Part shown: piece by piece, positions 1 to 9,418 of the stretch | Numbering within the stretch: position 1 is the stretch's first letter | Layout: each line of letters begins with the position of its first letter | IMG/VR virus record: IMGVR_UViG_3300022907_000005 | Span: 1-64,000 of that record | Source of the DNA: a virus | Length of the DNA stretch: 64,000 nt | Reading direction: 5' to 3' (one strand) | Translations under genes and position numbers: made by a program | The notes under the pieces: generated by a model | What the model was told of the DNA's origin: nothing | What the model saw: only the letters and a program-made list of their open reading frames with translations | The model's database searches: none

Positions 1-23
1 CTATGCGGGCAAAAGGCCCAGTG

Positions 24-194
24 TTACCACCAGACCTCTTTTACTTTCTTATCGCTTTTGACAACAAGAACTGGCTTGTCTTGAGCGATGTTATTTATAC
101 GCCGATAGTAGATTTTATCCATATCAGAGAATTTTACGCCGTCAAAATCAGACTTTAGATTTAAGACGGCGAAGTCACCCTTAGCTTGGTTCAT
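24..194 (-). CDS. small hypothetical protein (56 aa, not in ORF track)
   Basis: Manual translation MNQAKGDFAVLNLKSDFDG...KKVKEVWW*; ATG overlaps the 3' end of 181..516. Confidence 0.5.
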   Translation of the reverse strand: MNQAKGDFAVLNLKSDFDGVKFSDMDKIYYRRINNIAQDKPVLVVKSDKKVKEVWW

Positions 195-516
195 TGATTA
201 CTGGAGCCTCTTCAGTTTGAGTAGGGATAGCAGACACAACCGTGACTGCTGGTTTACGAGGACGCGCACTAGTGACACCACGATACGCAACACGGGCAAC
301 CGCCTCACGCTCTTCAGGAGTCTTGGGGAGTCCTTGTTCTAACATCCACGCAGCAGCTTCAATGCGCGTCATGGGTGATGGGAGTGCAACAAAGTTGACA
401 CCTGTGTTGCTCTTTAGCTTTTTGATACGACCTATAAGATCGTTGCCGAAACGTGCCTTAGTGACACCTTTTTCAGTTACTGACAAGCCTGCGACTGTGA
501 ATGTTTGATTTGACAT
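181..516 (-). CDS. hypothetical protein (probably early)
   Basis: 111 aa ORF directly downstream of a sigma70-like promoter. Confidence 0.75.
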   Translation of the reverse strand: MSNQTFTVAGLSVTEKGVTKARFGNDLIGRIKKLKSNTGVNFVALPSPMTRIEAAAWMLEQGLPKTPEEREAVARVAYRGVTSARPRKPAVTVVSAIPTQTEEAPVINEPS

Positions 517-548
517 AATGTTTTACTCTCAATTGTTTAATATAGTAT

Positions 549-612
549 ATTATAAGCGATTTTGGTGATTAAAGCAACCTTTTTTTCACCCGTTTTTAGA
601 ACCTTTTGTTAT
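549..612 (-). promoter_or_regulatory. sigma70-like early promoter, repeat copy 1
   Basis: TTGCTT-17-TATAAT, upstream A-tract and TATAACAAAAGGTTCTAAAAA box shared with copy at 1006-1080. Confidence 0.7.
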
Positions 613-793
613 AAGAATCTGACCCGTTATACTCAATATAATCGATAAATCCTCTCCCAAATAACGACAGGGTGTACTCGGAATGAATACCTGTAACGAT
701 AGAAGTGCCTTCTTCATCACCGAAGAAGTCCAGGATCTCTTGTATAGCTACAAATTCGACGATAAACCCCTTGCTATTACTGACTTCCATCAT
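596..793 (-). CDS. hypothetical protein
   Basis: 65 aa ORF, ATGA overlap with upstream ORF. Confidence 0.5.
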   Translation of the reverse strand: MMEVSNSKGFIVEFVAIQEILDFFGDEEGTSIVTGIHSEYTLSLFGRGFIDYIEYNGSDSYNKRF

Positions 794-975
794 GCATACT
801 CTCCTAGATACTGACGGGTGATCTCTTCCAAGGTCTTTTCAAACCCAACCAATTCAAGCCTTGATAGACTCGGCGGTCCTGCAGCAACCTCAAAGTTGCC
901 TATTTTCGACATTAGTGCCTGGCGCACAAATCTTAGCTGACTTTCAGACAGGGATAACTCTATTTGCTCTTCCAA
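790..975 (-). CDS. hypothetical protein
   Basis: 61 aa, TTG start with AAGGA SD, downstream of promoter. Confidence 0.6.
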   Translation of the reverse strand: MEEQIELSLSESQLRFVRQALMSKIGNFEVAAGPPSLSRLELVGFEKTLEEITRQYLGEYA

Positions 976-1005
976 AACGATTCCTTTTTCTCAATTTCAG
1001 AGTAC

Positions 1006-1110
1006 ATTATAAGCGGTATTGGAGCTTAACGCAACCTTTTTTTGCGTTATTTTCGATGTTTTTTAGAACCTTTTGTTATATGCTTATAACCTAATAGAAT
1101 CAATAACTTA
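1006..1110 (-). promoter_or_regulatory. sigma70-like early promoter, repeat copy 2, with IHF-consensus site
   Basis: TTGCGT-17-TATAAT; same 21-bp upstream box; AATCAATAACTTA (WATCAAN4TTR) at 1098-1110. Confidence 0.7.
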
Positions 1111-1115
1111 GGTGT

Positions 1116-1880
1116 TTAGTACCCGCTAGACCACTCAGAAAACTCATTTTCCTTGACCAAAACAAGGTTAAATGTGCCAGTGATAACCGCCGCACCAGTA
1201 CCAGCAGTAACTCTTAGGTCAACATCAGTCTTCTCCGCGAGTGTGACTGGGATACCAAAGATATATTCATACTGACCGCCATATGTTGCGCCCTTGTGCA
1301 TTGTTCTGAATACACCATTTGGTTCTCGCATGAGCAATCTAGATTTGATAGGAGAGTTAGCACTACCAGCGAATTCATAATGCATCACTAGCCCTAGGTA
1401 TCCTGCTGGAACAGTATAGACACCCATAAGTGTCTGCCCCTCACCCGCATTGATCTGAGCGACTTTGATCCCTACAGCAGAGCCGTAATGTGCTGAAACA
1501 TCCCCTACTTCTTGTTGTGAAGAAGTGTTGTACATTCTAAACAATCTAATATAAGTGTTTTGAGATGCTACAGCGGTTATTGTTGGGTCAGTAGCGTCAA
1601 GGGTGACTGTCTCTGATTGTATATTGAAGTCTGCATCAAGACCCTCAATAAAGAGTGTAATGCCCGCATCATCTGCATCATCTGATTTGAGATATACATT
1701 TGCGGCACCGAGATCCCATGTAGTAGCCCACGGATATAAAGAAGAACCGTCCCAAACAGTTTCTTCTACGCCATTTGCCGGAGCAGTGTTTCCGGCAAAT
1801 TTGTGAATGTGGATGGCATTGCGGAGTTTACCTCTCGCAAGGTGTACTCTCCAATCGTCACCAAATAGAAACGTAGACAT
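1116..1880 (-). CDS. hypothetical protein, possibly virion-associated (beta-rich)
   Basis: 254 aa, Gly/Thr-rich, in an operon downstream of late promoters. Confidence 0.7.
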   Translation of the reverse strand: MSTFLFGDDWRVHLARGKLRNAIHIHKFAGNTAPANGVEETVWDGSSLYPWATTWDLGAANVYLKSDDADDAGITLFIEGLDADFNIQSETVTLDATDPTITAVASQNTYIRLFRMYNTSSQQEVGDVSAHYGSAVGIKVAQINAGEGQTLMGVYTVPAGYLGLVMHYEFAGSANSPIKSRLLMREPNGVFRTMHKGATYGGQYEYIFGIPVTLAEKTDVDLRVTAGTGAAVITGTFNLVLVKENEFSEWSSGY

Positions 1881-2221
1881 TAGTTTTTACCGTTTTGATA
1901 TGCATTCGCACCGAAGAATGCGGAGACTAATGCTGCAATAGCAACAAAGTAGGTAGGTGCTATGTCACCTATGATCTTAGCCGCAGAATCTAGGCCGAAC
2001 AGTGAGGTGCAGAAGATGCCGAATGGGTAGAGTAGCATGCCAAATAGAGCGAACCAAGTCATCTTACGCATCGCATCCCGTTGTGCGTCTTCGTCTTCTA
2101 GCCGCTTTTTCTTGGCGTCTAAATCTAGCGCATACTCTTCAGCAGAAATATGTCCGTCGCCATTAATATCAATCTTATCGGCGACTGCTTTATCTACTGT
2201 GACTTGTGTTTCTTCTGACAT
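1880..2221 (-). CDS. EF-hand membrane protein, putative holin-like
   Basis: DINGDGHISAEE EF-hand loop, two predicted TM helices, near spanins, own late promoter. Confidence 0.55.
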   Translation of the reverse strand: MSEETQVTVDKAVADKIDINGDGHISAEEYALDLDAKKKRLEDEDAQRDAMRKMTWFALFGMLLYPFGIFCTSLFGLDSAAKIIGDIAPTYFVAIAALVSAFFGANAYQNGKN

Positions 2222-2245
2222 GCTACTCTCCTAAAATAGTTTAAC

Positions 2246-2253
2246 TATTTATA
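2246..2253 (-). promoter_or_regulatory. T4-type late promoter
   Basis: TATAAATA upstream of 1880..2221. Confidence 0.75.
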
Positions 2254-2833
2254 AAATTTGAGAGTTTACCTTTCGATGTCCGTTCCATGCAGCGAAGCCG
2301 CCGATTCGCAGTGCCCAATATGCAAGATTGTTCAGGAAGTGAAATCCATTCTGTTCAATACCGATGTCACGGAACAGCGCGTCAGCCTCTTTCTGTGTCA
2401 TTGGCGCAGAAGTTTCTTTCTTACCTTTCTTCAGAAGCACGGTGTATTTGTAAACATAGTCATGCACTAAGCCGCCTATGAGCAACACGCCTGTGGGTGA
2501 CAACCAAGATGCTAGAAACTTGGGAACAGAGGCACCGTCGAATACGAAGCCCTTAGGCACTACATAGTTTTCACCGTTGACTGAGAAGTTCCAGTCTTTA
2601 GCAATTTCCCACTTGCGAGTACCAAGAAGCCATAGCTTAATCGCACCCCAGAATCCTTTACCTGCTGTCTCAATTGTGACAGGTTTCATACTAGGCATTT
2701 CTTTAAATGATAACCCTACAATATCTTCTTCTTGGTCAACACCAAATAAGTTGATAACCCAGCCCGTTAAAATCAGGACTCCTGCGATGGTGAATTGCCA
2801 CCATGTTACTAATTGATCGACGATGAATTCCAT
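2249..2833 (-). CDS. DUF1353-family protein with N-terminal TM
   Basis: VPKGFVFDGASVP ... GLVHDYVY ... ADALF motifs. Confidence 0.75.
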   Translation of the reverse strand: MEFIVDQLVTWWQFTIAGVLILTGWVINLFGVDQEEDIVGLSFKEMPSMKPVTIETAGKGFWGAIKLWLLGTRKWEIAKDWNFSVNGENYVVPKGFVFDGASVPKFLASWLSPTGVLLIGGLVHDYVYKYTVLLKKGKKETSAPMTQKEADALFRDIGIEQNGFHFLNNLAYWALRIGGFAAWNGHRKVNSQIL

Positions 2834-3234
2834 TATTGCTTCTCCTCTATTGTTTCAGTTTCTTTTGGTTTGCGTTCAATTGCACCTTCGTAGTATGCTA
2901 TGATCGATTTTTGCTGTTCCATATATCGTCGGATCTCGGCAATATTCAGAGCCAGAGTTTCATACGATCTTACACTGAAGGCGTAGAACACCCACTCTTG
3001 TCCGTTATCTTTCTTATATGTTTTTAGGAATTCGTCCCAGTTTTCTTCAGTCACCACATAGATTTGTGGGTGATTAAGATCTACTGGCTTAGGAGAAACT
3101 TGTAGAGGAATCTTGTTCTCGACAAACTTAGTCTGGATGACAACCTCTGGTTCAGGTGGTTGTCTATTTAGAAGTGAGCAGCCGCTAATTACTGGTAGTA
3201 GTAGAAACAGCGCCGCTGATAGTTTCAATGTCAT
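2833..3234 (-). CDS. putative o-spanin (Rz1-like lipoprotein)
   Basis: Signal peptide with lipobox LLPVISGC, Pro-rich; start overlaps 3' end of upstream TM/coiled-coil gene. Confidence 0.65.
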   Translation of the reverse strand: MTLKLSAALFLLLPVISGCSLLNRQPPEPEVVIQTKFVENKIPLQVSPKPVDLNHPQIYVVTEENWDEFLKTYKKDNGQEWVFYAFSVRSYETLALNIAEIRRYMEQQKSIIAYYEGAIERKPKETETIEEKQ

Positions 3235-3583
3235 CCCATACCTTCTTTGTAGCGTTGTTGACTCGCTTTTCAATCATCCCAGGCTTCTTCAGACTGAGTA
3301 GTGAGAGATCATGCCGTTGTAGTTTGCCTCGAAGTTTATCAGTATATACTTCAGCTTCTTGTAAATTCACTTGCAATTCAGAATTACGCTCACCCATTTC
3401 AACAGCGAATTCCTGCGCTTGCTCTAATGCTTTTTGATTTTCTTCGGCAACAATCTTCAGCTTCACATTGTTCTCGCGTAGAGTTTCAATGCGTTGTTTC
3501 ATATCATTGTACTCCCGATACACGCCGAAGCCGACGGTACCGAGTAAGCCGAATATTAAAATGAATGCATAAAGTTTAATCAT
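3185..3583 (-). CDS. putative i-spanin (Rz-like)
   Basis: Single N-terminal TM followed by a long coiled coil. Confidence 0.65.
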   Translation of the reverse strand: MIKLYAFILIFGLLGTVGFGVYREYNDMKQRIETLRENNVKLKIVAEENQKALEQAQEFAVEMGERNSELQVNLQEAEVYTDKLRGKLQRHDLSLLSLKKPGMIEKRVNNATKKVWDDIETISGAVSTTTSN

Positions 3584-3588
3584 GACTG

Positions 3589-3596
3589 TATTTATA
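3589..3596 (-). promoter_or_regulatory. T4-type late promoter
   Basis: TATAAATA 5 nt upstream of the spanin ATG. Confidence 0.7.
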
Positions 3597-3600
3597 ACTG

Positions 3601-4989
3601 CTAAACTTTGATACTCGAAAAATCGCCTAACCGACTTCCGAATGCGCCTTTGTCAAAAGCAGGACCTGGATCAGGCTGACCAGAGTCATGTATTGTCTGT
3701 TGAACCGATTCATCTAAGTCATACAGTCGCATTTTTCCTCTATCAATGCCTAGCATGAACCGCTTGTTTGTCGTAGGATCGCTGTATCGATTCTTCAATT
3801 GCTTGACCATTAACTGATTCATCTGCTCCAATTCTTCAGTGCTTATCAGAGCGAACATCAAGTCAGCAGTAGCAGGCAATCCGAATGATTCAGATGTATC
3901 TGTCAGTTCCACGTCACTATTAGCGTAACCGCTGCGTGTAGTCTGTGTAGCAGTCACTATAGGCACATTCGCCTCTACAGCAAGCCCTCTAAGCTCTTCA
4001 GCAATCGATTTGATGATAGTATAGCTGTTCGCAGCAGTACCCGCTCTGAACCTACTACTCGCGCAGATATTCAGATAGTCAATAAAGATTATATCAGGCG
4101 TGAAATTTCGCTTGATCTTTAACTCATTAAGTAAAGCCTTGAAGTGCCCTGCGTGTGCTGATGCAGTAGGGTATTCTTTGATCACTAAACGCCCATCGAT
4201 CTTACCGCTAATCTTACTGATTCGATCATCGAACATTTTCTTCGGCATATCTTTGAGATCCTGAATCGGGATGTTCATCATGTTCGCATCGATACGTTCA
4301 GCGATTCTTTCTTCTGCCATTTCTAATGTAATGTAAAGTACGTTCTTGCTTGCCGAGATTGCAGCCGCTGCCATATGACACATGAACAATGACTTACCCA
4401 CACCAGTGCCTGCAAGTGCTACGTTTAACGTCTTATTAGATAACCCACCCTCAGTGATCTTGTTGAAGTACTCTAAGTCAAAAGGAACTTTCTCCTCCAG
4501 CCTATGATAGAAATCATATCGATCATCAGCATTTTCAATGTAGTCATGACCTACGTTTGTGTCAAAGCCTACTTGCAATGCCTTTTGAAGCAAGCTAGGT
4601 AATGCATCAGGACCCATCTCTTTGTTTGTGCCATCGATAATTTGAATGCTGTCCATGATAGCATTGTAGATCGCTTTGTCTTTACAGAAGTTTTCAGTCT
4701 GATCCAAGAGCCAAGCCATGTCAGCTTCACGATCAACTTGAAGTCCATTGATTGTAGACTCACATTTCAAATAGATATCTTCAGACACCGATTTGTTATC
4801 TTGCAGGGCAATTAGCAGCGCACCTTTTGTCGGTGTGCCATTGTATTTCTCTACATACTCTGCGATAGTCTGGAATATCTTTCGATGCTCCATATCACTA
4901 AAGTATTCGTCGCGCATGAAAGGAATGACTTTCCTAACATACTCTTCATTGTCAATCAGATTCGCTAAAATCTGTGTCTCTATTCTCAT
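3601..4989 (-). CDS. 41: replicative DnaB-like helicase gp41
   Basis: AGTGVGKS Walker A, YITLEMAEERI, DYLNIC, TATQTTR, SESFGLPATAD. Confidence 0.97.
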   Translation of the reverse strand: MRIETQILANLIDNEEYVRKVIPFMRDEYFSDMEHRKIFQTIAEYVEKYNGTPTKGALLIALQDNKSVSEDIYLKCESTINGLQVDREADMAWLLDQTENFCKDKAIYNAIMDSIQIIDGTNKEMGPDALPSLLQKALQVGFDTNVGHDYIENADDRYDFYHRLEEKVPFDLEYFNKITEGGLSNKTLNVALAGTGVGKSLFMCHMAAAAISASKNVLYITLEMAEERIAERIDANMMNIPIQDLKDMPKKMFDDRISKISGKIDGRLVIKEYPTASAHAGHFKALLNELKIKRNFTPDIIFIDYLNICASSRFRAGTAANSYTIIKSIAEELRGLAVEANVPIVTATQTTRSGYANSDVELTDTSESFGLPATADLMFALISTEELEQMNQLMVKQLKNRYSDPTTNKRFMLGIDRGKMRLYDLDESVQQTIHDSGQPDPGPAFDKGAFGSRLGDFSSIKV

Positions 4990-5119
4990 ATGCCCACTGC
5001 TCTTTTATCTGTTCAATGCAAGGTTCGCACAAATATGTGCGAGCGTCTTCAATGTCATTATTAAAACACATTGCAGGATCATCTGCAAGTATTTCATTAC
5101 CGCAACGGTCACAGTGCAT
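4952..5119 (-). CDS. small zinc-finger protein (55 aa, not in ORF track)
   Basis: MHCDRCGNEI...YLCEPCIEQIK: CxxC..CxxC; fills the gap and overlaps both neighbours. Confidence 0.7.
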   Translation of the reverse strand: MHCDRCGNEILADDPAMCFNNDIEDARTYLCEPCIEQIKEQWAYENRDTDFSESD

Positions 5120-5447
5120 TATCTGCCTCCATCAGTGGAACATCGTCTCCCTCATCGTAATACAGTTTCGACCGTGAAACTAAAGTATCGTGTGCATCCA
5201 TCACAGAGTCCGTTGCAGGACTAAACTCTGTTGTGATGCAATCTTCAAATGTAGACCACAGTCTCTCAAATCGCATTTCATACAGCTCCTTCATTCCCAA
5301 CAGCATGTTGGCAATACGATCTGAATACTCTGCGGGCATATCAGAAAATCTAGGACTATCTAGAATAGCCTCTAACAACATATCAACATCAGAGGTGACG
5401 TTCCAACACTCCATGATGTGCTGTTCTAAATCAAACCTGTCCTTCAT
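5109..5447 (-). CDS. hypothetical protein
   Basis: MKDRFDLEQHIMECW...; overlaps end of uvsX. Confidence 0.75.
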   Translation of the reverse strand: MKDRFDLEQHIMECWNVTSDVDMLLEAILDSPRFSDMPAEYSDRIANMLLGMKELYEMRFERLWSTFEDCITTEFSPATDSVMDAHDTLVSRSKLYYDEGDDVPLMEADNAL

Positions 5448-6519
5448 TTTCCATCTCCACATTTATGTTGTATGCATTATTGATATCGTCCGCACTTACT
5501 TCATCCGTCATTATATCACTACCTGAGATTAAGTATCGCCTCTCAATCCAAGCACTAAACGAAGAATCAGTCAATACAGGAAGCCAGAAGTCTTTGCTAT
5601 AAGTTTCCTTAGTTCTATACTTCTTGCTTTCAGCGCCGTCTCTTGCAATCTGATACCATCCATTGCTAGGCTTGACAACGTGACCTGACTCTAACGCCAT
5701 GTCCAACAAACCTGACCACTTGCTGATACCACCATCAAATTTCACCTCGACAGGGATCTTTGATTTCTCTCTGACAAACCTAGACTTTTCAACATTGATG
5801 ATGAAGTTGTAGCCTACTACATCAGCGCCTTGCTTCTCCTGCTGTCTACCTATGATGAAGATGTTATCCGCAGAGTAGTAGATACCTGTGCCACCTGATA
5901 CAATATCTTTAGGATACAAACCAATCTCTTTGTATGTGTGATTGATAACAACAGCAGGGATGTCCTTGATAGTCAAGTGAGGCGTGATCATTCTAAACAA
6001 AGATTTCATTTGCTTTGCGCGTGTCATATCTGCAACAGACTTACCTTCTAGCGCATCATCAACCTCTTTCTTAGATGCTAAGTTACCAACAGAGTCAATA
6101 ATTATAATCACACGGTCACCGCGCTCCAAGCCATTCAACTGCGACATTACATCGTGCTTTAGCTGTTCGATATCGGTAATAGGAGTATGTACAACACGAT
6201 CGGTGTCGATGCCAAAACTATTGAAGTAAGCCTGAGGTGCACCGAACTCAGAATCGTAAAAGAGAACGACTGAATCTTCATATTTCTCCATATAAGATTT
6301 TGCAAGCAGCATGGCAAATGCTGTCTTGAAGTGTTTAGAAGGACCTGCGAAAACCGTCAGACCTGGTACTAACCCGCCATCTAGTTTGCCACTCAATGCA
6401 ACATTAAGTGCAGGCACCGCAGTTTGAATCAAATCTTTCGTGCCGAAAAATTTAGATTGTGTTAGAATGCTCGACTCTTTGATTGTCGAATTGCTTTTTA
6501 ATTTATCTAATATACCCAT
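5431..6519 (-). CDS. uvsX: UvsX RecA-like recombinase
   Basis: AGPSKHFKT P-loop, YDSEFG, DSVGNLASKKE, DMTRAK. Confidence 0.97.
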   Translation of the reverse strand: MGILDKLKSNSTIKESSILTQSKFFGTKDLIQTAVPALNVALSGKLDGGLVPGLTVFAGPSKHFKTAFAMLLAKSYMEKYEDSVVLFYDSEFGAPQAYFNSFGIDTDRVVHTPITDIEQLKHDVMSQLNGLERGDRVIIIIDSVGNLASKKEVDDALEGKSVADMTRAKQMKSLFRMITPHLTIKDIPAVVINHTYKEIGLYPKDIVSGGTGIYYSADNIFIIGRQQEKQGADVVGYNFIINVEKSRFVREKSKIPVEVKFDGGISKWSGLLDMALESGHVVKPSNGWYQIARDGAESKKYRTKETYSKDFWLPVLTDSSFSAWIERRYLISGSDIMTDEVSADDINNAYNINVEMENEGQV

Positions 6520-6896
6520 TAAGAATCTCCTTCTTTTACGAAAACACCATCGACCATCTTACCTCTACGGTCTTTGATGTCATTATACGCTACACTTAGA
6601 CAGTCTGTCAATGACACATTGTTCCGTTCGGCAATGTTAATCAGCACGACCATACAGTCACCGATGTCATCTCTAACATCATTACCTTTACATACATTGT
6701 CACTAAGTTCACCTACCTCTTGGATCAATTTACAGACTTGATCTTTGTCTGTAGCTCCGTCGATGAGATTTCTATCTCGGTGCCATTGTTTTGTTGCGCT
6801 CACTAGCGCGATTAATCTTTCACTTTCATTCATTTGAGCAAGTCCTTTTAAGTTGCCGCGAATCATCATCAAAATTCTACGTTCATCATTTGTCAT
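6519..6896 (-). CDS. MazG-like NTP pyrophosphohydrolase
   Basis: KLIQEVGEL ... DDIGDCMVVL ... AYNDIKDRRG; ATGA overlap with polymerase stop. Confidence 0.85.
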   Translation of the reverse strand: MTNDERRILMMIRGNLKGLAQMNESERLIALVSATKQWHRDRNLIDGATDKDQVCKLIQEVGELSDNVCKGNDVRDDIGDCMVVLINIAERNNVSLTDCLSVAYNDIKDRRGKMVDGVFVKEGDS

Positions 6897-9382
6897 GAGA
6901 ACAAATCCTCCAGTGATGCCACGGGTCGTGGGGTCCAATTGATTGCCGTTGCAATAGTATTCATAGGGTCGATAAATGCCTTCTGAAACATTAGTTCATA
7001 GTCCACATATCTATGTAAATCAAACTCCGGCGGTAGTTTAGCGTTGAATGCAATACAGTTCTCGCCAAGGTGATTAGGTTCCTTGAGATACAGAAACTTA
7101 ATCTTCTCGCCATCCTGAATGCGCTCATGCTTCATTGTCAGATTATCACGCTTCAATACATGATTGTACATCAAAGCGCCTCGTACCTGCATCGGAGTGC
7201 CTTTAGAATAGATAGAAGCAGCATCAGAATATTTCTCTAAGTTGTTGCATCCTCTAGGGAAAGCAATCTGCTCGGGAGACATTTTCTGAAAGTCTCGCCA
7301 TGTATTCTCTACGAAATCCTGCAACACACCTTCTTCAGATGTGAGACAAAGTTTCACCGCCTCGCGTAGACTGTCTCTAACAGGAGCAGGTGTAGATGAC
7401 CGAACGACCTCTAAGCCCATCACCTTCAATTTAGGTTCAGCATAACGCACACCTTCATTATCGTACACGTTCAGAGCATATCTTTTCTTCGCTACCCAGA
7501 TGCCTTTGTCAGCAATAACCTCGCGCTTGAAGTCCATCTTTTGTGCAAATGCATTTGTATAGTCAGCAATACTATCCATTGCCTTAGCAATCGTAGGCTC
7601 AATTTGATCTGAGCCAATCTTGTCAAGGGCAGTGATAATGTTTGACTTGCTTTTATTCTTGAGAAACTTCTGTACAACGCCATCCATTGTGATGTAGCAA
7701 GAGTCAGTGTCCGAATAAAACGAGTACATCTTATCCTCAGTGCCACAGACGTTGTTCAAGAAATCATCAAGTGCCTTCGCAGACTCTCGGATGACAAACT
7801 GACCTGTCATCGTGATCCCTTCAGCAATTCTGTCATCATAATACCTGAAGTACTGATTGCCCATTGCACCATAGAGTGAGTTCAATTGAATCTTTCTAGC
7901 CATCTGAAAGTTATTGTATTTAGCAATGTCCTTCTGATATTTAGGATCCTTTGTCTCCTCGTATTTGTTCTGTGCCTGAATCATCAGCTTCTTGTATTTC
8001 TGCCGATCATCAAAAAACTTTGAAACAATCTCAGGAAATAGACCTTGTTTGTCGCGTGTGAATCTAGCACCGTTAGCAGCAATAGCATAATCGCCATCAA
8101 GGTTGTACTTGCGTTCAAGCATACCCTCAACGTTTACATCAACCATACCTTGTACGAGTGTCTCAGGAGACATGTTGTATTGCATGATGATAGAAGGATA
8201 CAGAGATGTCGCGTCGAATGCCATCACCCACTTGTATTCACCTGGCTTAGGCTCTTGCACAAACGCGCCTTCAATAGAACGACCCTGCGTATCTTTACGA
8301 GCAGGAATCATAATATTTTTAGCCAGCAAGTGATTGTACAGCAAGCAGTCCCAGGTTCTTACAGGTGAAAATGTATCACGGAAGTTCGACTTCGCGTCAT
8401 ATGTCATTGTAGCAATAAGCTCAATCAATTTCATCTTTTCTTCCAAGTCATCAATCAACTTGGTGTCGATGATGTTATAGTCGATGAAACGATTCCAGTC
8501 CTTATCGTAAAACTCCTTGAAAGTATCGAAGCCGCTTTCAAGTTTACCATGACCAAGTTCTACAGATGCAATGTGATCTAGCTTGTAGGATTCTTGCGCA
8601 CTGTAGGTAAACTTTTTGTACAGATCCAGATAGTCAAGGACTGAGATGCCTTTGATATCGTAAGTTGTATCTTCACGATTGTTTCGCTTGACACCCTTGC
8701 GTCTTGTTAGGTTGTAAGGAGATAGAGAGTTCTTTGCGTCATTGCCAAACACCCTGTCCATACGAGAAACAAGATATGGTATGTCAAAAAACTCAACGTT
8801 CCAACCAGTAACGATATCAGGATACTCATTCGCCCACCATGTCCCAAATTTAGTAAGCAGTTCAGTTTCATCCTCACAAGGAACATAGTTGACACCTAGA
8901 TCTTTTGTTTCAGGACCTGGACTCCACTCACCTTCTCCCCATGTTATGATCTCCTTTGTGTCATTATTCATCAACGTGATTAGAAGAATCTTGTCAGTAG
9001 GATTGTCTACGCTAGGAAAGCCTGTCTCAGCAGTAGTCTCAATGTCCATCGACCAGATAGATAACTGAGACAAATCAAACTCGATATCGCCCTGATATTC
9101 AGTAGATAGAAATTGATATGTCAGGTCAGTCTGTCCATAGATAGGATAGTTCTGAACCTGAGAATAGCTATCTAAGAATTCTTTAGCATCTCGGTTATTG
9201 CCGAATTGAATCGGCTTGATGTTCTCCCCATACAGTCCTCTGTACGGAGAGTCGCCATCAGCACGAACATATAGCGTAGGCTTGAAGGTTCGCTTTTCAG
9301 TAAAGCGTTTGCCATCGCGCACACCACGCAAGAATACTTGGTTACCATACTGCCAAGCCCAGCTGTAAAATTCGTTTTTCAT
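6893..9382 (-). CDS. 43: family B DNA polymerase gp43
   Basis: DIET exo, FDATSLYPSII, KIQLNSLYG, YSDTDS, KKRY; C-terminal SLEDLFS. Confidence 0.98.
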   Translation of the reverse strand: MKNEFYSWAWQYGNQVFLRGVRDGKRFTEKRTFKPTLYVRADGDSPYRGLYGENIKPIQFGNNRDAKEFLDSYSQVQNYPIYGQTDLTYQFLSTEYQGDIEFDLSQLSIWSMDIETTAETGFPSVDNPTDKILLITLMNNDTKEIITWGEGEWSPGPETKDLGVNYVPCEDETELLTKFGTWWANEYPDIVTGWNVEFFDIPYLVSRMDRVFGNDAKNSLSPYNLTRRKGVKRNNREDTTYDIKGISVLDYLDLYKKFTYSAQESYKLDHIASVELGHGKLESGFDTFKEFYDKDWNRFIDYNIIDTKLIDDLEEKMKLIELIATMTYDAKSNFRDTFSPVRTWDCLLYNHLLAKNIMIPARKDTQGRSIEGAFVQEPKPGEYKWVMAFDATSLYPSIIMQYNMSPETLVQGMVDVNVEGMLERKYNLDGDYAIAANGARFTRDKQGLFPEIVSKFFDDRQKYKKLMIQAQNKYEETKDPKYQKDIAKYNNFQMARKIQLNSLYGAMGNQYFRYYDDRIAEGITMTGQFVIRESAKALDDFLNNVCGTEDKMYSFYSDTDSCYITMDGVVQKFLKNKSKSNIITALDKIGSDQIEPTIAKAMDSIADYTNAFAQKMDFKREVIADKGIWVAKKRYALNVYDNEGVRYAEPKLKVMGLEVVRSSTPAPVRDSLREAVKLCLTSEEGVLQDFVENTWRDFQKMSPEQIAFPRGCNNLEKYSDAASIYSKGTPMQVRGALMYNHVLKRDNLTMKHERIQDGEKIKFLYLKEPNHLGENCIAFNAKLPPEFDLHRYVDYELMFQKAFIDPMNTIATAINWTPRPVASLEDLFS

Positions 9383-9389
9383 AGCACAC

Positions 9390-9418
9390 ATTATATATCA
9401 TAATAAGGGGGGTGTCAA
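9390..9418 (-). promoter_or_regulatory. consensus sigma70 promoter for gene 43
   Basis: TTGACA-17-TATAAT, 7 nt before ATG. Confidence 0.85.

Noticed and set aside
1-10. Minus-strand GCCCGCATAG resembles a tRNA 5' end, downstream of a TATAAATA at 92-99
   Set aside because: Only 10 nt are visible at the window edge; needs adjacent sequence and tRNAscan-SE
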